This document shows positions 61,802 to 64,000 of a DNA stretch of 64,000 bases, piece after piece. The stretch comes from an uncultured cyanobacterium (lineage in GTDB: Bacteria; Cyanobacteriota; Cyanobacteriia; Cyanobacteriales; CAWUOF01), in the NCBI GenBank assembly GCA_963744145.1, contig CAVUSO010000001.1:3328001-3392000 (forward strand), given 5' to 3'. Below the pieces are notes generated by a model that saw only the letters and a program-made list of their open reading frames with translations, did no database searches and was not told the origin of the DNA. A program made the translations under genes and the position numbers. Every line of letters begins with the position of its first letter. The stretch's first letter is position 1.

Positions 61802-64000
61802 CTATTTTCTGATTTTAATTTTACCATTTTGATGTTCCGCTGAGGGTTGTAGTAATTTTTTCTGCCCCAATTGGCTGTTCGCTCTGAATATTTTTTCTTT
61901 CCAACCACCGCGCAAAAATTGTTCCAATCCCTGTTGGAAACTATCAATATAGGTAAATAATACTGGAACTACTACTAAAGTCAGCAGTGTCGAAGTAGTA
62001 AAACCCCCAATTACGGCGATCGCCATCGGAGCCCGGATCTGGGAACCAGCACCAATCCCTAACGCGATCGGCATCATTCCCGATATGGTGGAAACTGAAG
62101 TCATCATAATTGGACGTAAACGTGATACTCCAGATTCTAGTACCGCTTGCGATCGCGACATTCCTTCCGCTTGATTACTTAATGCACAATCTACTAATAA
62201 GATCGCATTTTTGGTCACCAATCCCATTAGTAACACAATTCCAATTAGCGCAAATAGCCCTAATTCTTTTTGCATTACCATCAATCCCATTAAAGCACCA
62301 CCGACAGATAAAGGTAAAGCTACTAAAATAGTTAACGGAATCAAAAATCCGTTATATAATAGCACTAAAATTGCATAAATACATAATATTGCCATACCGA
62401 GTGCCCCCAAAAAGCGCCCAAAAATGTCTTGCATGATTTTCGCATCCCCTGCTGACTGCTGAGAAACATCGGTCGGGAGAGGATTTAAAGCTGGTAAAAC
62501 TTTTATTTTATCTAGAGCATCTCCTAATGATATCCCTTGTAAATTGGCTTCAACTGATACCTGACGAGCGCGATCGTAACGGTCGATTTTAGCTGGACCG
62601 CTGCCCAAGGTAATATTTGCGACAGCCGATAAAGGAACCATTTGTCTCGTTTGACTAGGAATCTGAATATTTTTCAAAATATCCAAATTGTTGCGAAATT
62701 CCTCAGCTAATAAAACCCGAATGGGAATTTGTCGATCGGGTAAATCAAACTTAGCTAAATTAGCGTCAATATCTCCTAATGTTGCTAAAGAAGCTGTATG
62801 AGCGATCGCAGATACAGAAACCCCTAGATCTGCTGCTCTTGCTGGGTCTGGTTTGATTAAAATCTCTGGTTGAACTAAACTAGCACTAGAATATACTTCC
62901 ACTAGACCGGAAATTTCTCGCATTTGTCGTTCTAAATTTTCAGCAGTTTGATTCAGAGCAGTTGCATTTTCGCTTTTCAGTAGAATTGTTACATCTTTAT
63001 TATTACCCGCTCCACCACCACTTAAAAAACCAATATGAGCCCCAGGTATTTCTTGAAATTGCGATCGCATTTCCTGCTCAAATTGCTGCTGAGAAATCTT
63101 TCTTTCTTCTCGCGGTGTCAGATTAACATAAAGCGTACCTGAATTGACATTGATATTACCATTTTCATTATTCCCTGCTGTAGCTAAAACACCTGTAACA
63201 ATCGGATTTTCCCGTAATAATTTAGTGAGTCTGTTCATGACTTTTTCCGTGTCATTAACAGTAGAACCTGGAGGTAGTTCAATTGTCACTGTACTTAACC
63301 CAATATCGCCACTATTAAATAAACCTTTAGGAATTAATGGAACTAGCATCAAGCTACCAATAAAGAAAACTATCGCGATCGCTAAAGTTGTTAATCTATG
63401 TCTTAATGACCAACTCAGTAAACTACGATAAGGATGAAATTGTGTTGGGAAAATCCCAAATTTTTTACCTAACTTATCTTTTTGGTGATGTTGATGTTTC
63501 GTACCCCTCATTACAAATGCTCCTAACATCGGGGTCATGGTTCGAGCTACTAAAACAGAAAATGAAGTAGATACCGCTACTGTTACTCCAAACGGTCCAA
63601 AAAATTGACCAGGAATTCCCCCCATAAAAGCTACGGGTAAGAATACTGCAATAATTGTTGCACTTGATGCTAATACAGCAAACCCAATTTCAGCTGAGGA
63701 ATCTAAGGATGCTTGTTCTGGACTTTTTCCCATTTCCAGATGTTGATCAATATTTTCTACTTCTACTACTGTATCATCTACCAAGTTACCCACTGTCAGT
63801 GCTAATGCTAACAAAGTCATTCCATTGAGAGTGTAACCTAGTAGGTTCATGACCGCATAAGTGGGAATAATTGATAGGGGTAAAGAAACTGCTGTAATTA
63901 AAGTTGGTCTCCAATCGCGCAAAAATATTAAAATTGCTATTACTGCGAGAATCGAAGCTTCGATTAAAGAGTGAATCGAAGCTTCATAAGCATCTATGAT
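61802..64000 (-). CDS. RND efflux permease (AcrB family), 5' end outside the window
   Basis: GNLVDD, KNAILLVD, RLRPIMMT motifs. Confidence 0.93.
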   Translation of the reverse strand: MIDAYEASIHSLIEASILAVIAILIFLRDWRPTLITAVSLPLSIIPTYAVMNLLGYTLNGMTLLALALTVGNLVDDTVVEVENIDQHLEMGKSPEQASLDSSAEIGFAVLASSATIIAVFLPVAFMGGIPGQFFGPFGVTVAVSTSFSVLVARTMTPMLGAFVMRGTKHQHHQKDKLGKKFGIFPTQFHPYRSLLSWSLRHRLTTLAIAIVFFIGSLMLVPLIPKGLFNSGDIGLSTVTIELPPGSTVNDTEKVMNRLTKLLRENPIVTGVLATAGNNENGNINVNSGTLYVNLTPREERKISQQQFEQEMRSQFQEIPGAHIGFLSGGGAGNNKDVTILLKSENATALNQTAENLERQMREISGLVEVYSSASLVQPEILIKPDPARAADLGVSVSAIAHTASLATLGDIDANLAKFDLPDRQIPIRVLLAEEFRNNLDILKNIQIPSQTRQMVPLSAVANITLGSGPAKIDRYDRARQVSVEANLQGISLGDALDKIKVLPALNPLPTDVSQQSAGDAKIMQDIFGRFLGALGMAILCIYAILVLLYNGFLIPLTILVALPLSVGGALMGLMVMQKELGLFALIGIVLLMGLVTKNAILLVDCALSNQAEGMSRSQAVLESGVSRLRPIMMTSVSTISGMMPIALGIGAGSQIRAPMAIAVIGGFTTSTLLTLVVVPVLFTYIDSFQQGLEQFLRGGWKEKIFRANSQLGQKKLLQPSAEHQNGKIKIRK

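Overview
Cyanobacterial chromosomal window: the HIP1 octamer GCGATCGC is abundant and acsF, chlM and an NtcA box are present. The core genes include acsF/ho2/hemN, pilB-like ATPase, comB, CLC channel, clpP, rnr, ubiX, chlM, nagA, purE, amt, cobW, ABC and RND transporters, tRNA-Ser(TGA) and tRNA-Gly(CCC). Between them is a dense set of mobile elements linked through GTAG/CTAC-type REP-like palindromes. (1) An intact IS621-like IS110 has a bridge RNA whose guides can be read directly; they are programmed against the host repeat CCCGCCCCTAC, and its donor junction matches the IS621 donor ACAGTATCTTGTAT. (2) An ORF-less group II intron has EBS1/EBS2 that match its insertion site inside a MITE/REP. 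(3) One 20-bp palindrome (GGGCGTATTGCAATACGCCC) has inserted seven times; every copy I found is inside a transposon gene (ISL3, tnpB) and is in frame. Also present are an orphan, decaying type III CRISPR accessory module (WYL plus Csx3-Csx3-P-loop), a Tse2-like toxin/partner pair between two ~1.1 kb direct repeats of an Rpn/DUF4351-like gene, several TA genes, MITEs and frameshifted hybrid kinases. No CRISPR array or rRNA was seen. All family calls come from motif recognition; no database searches were run.
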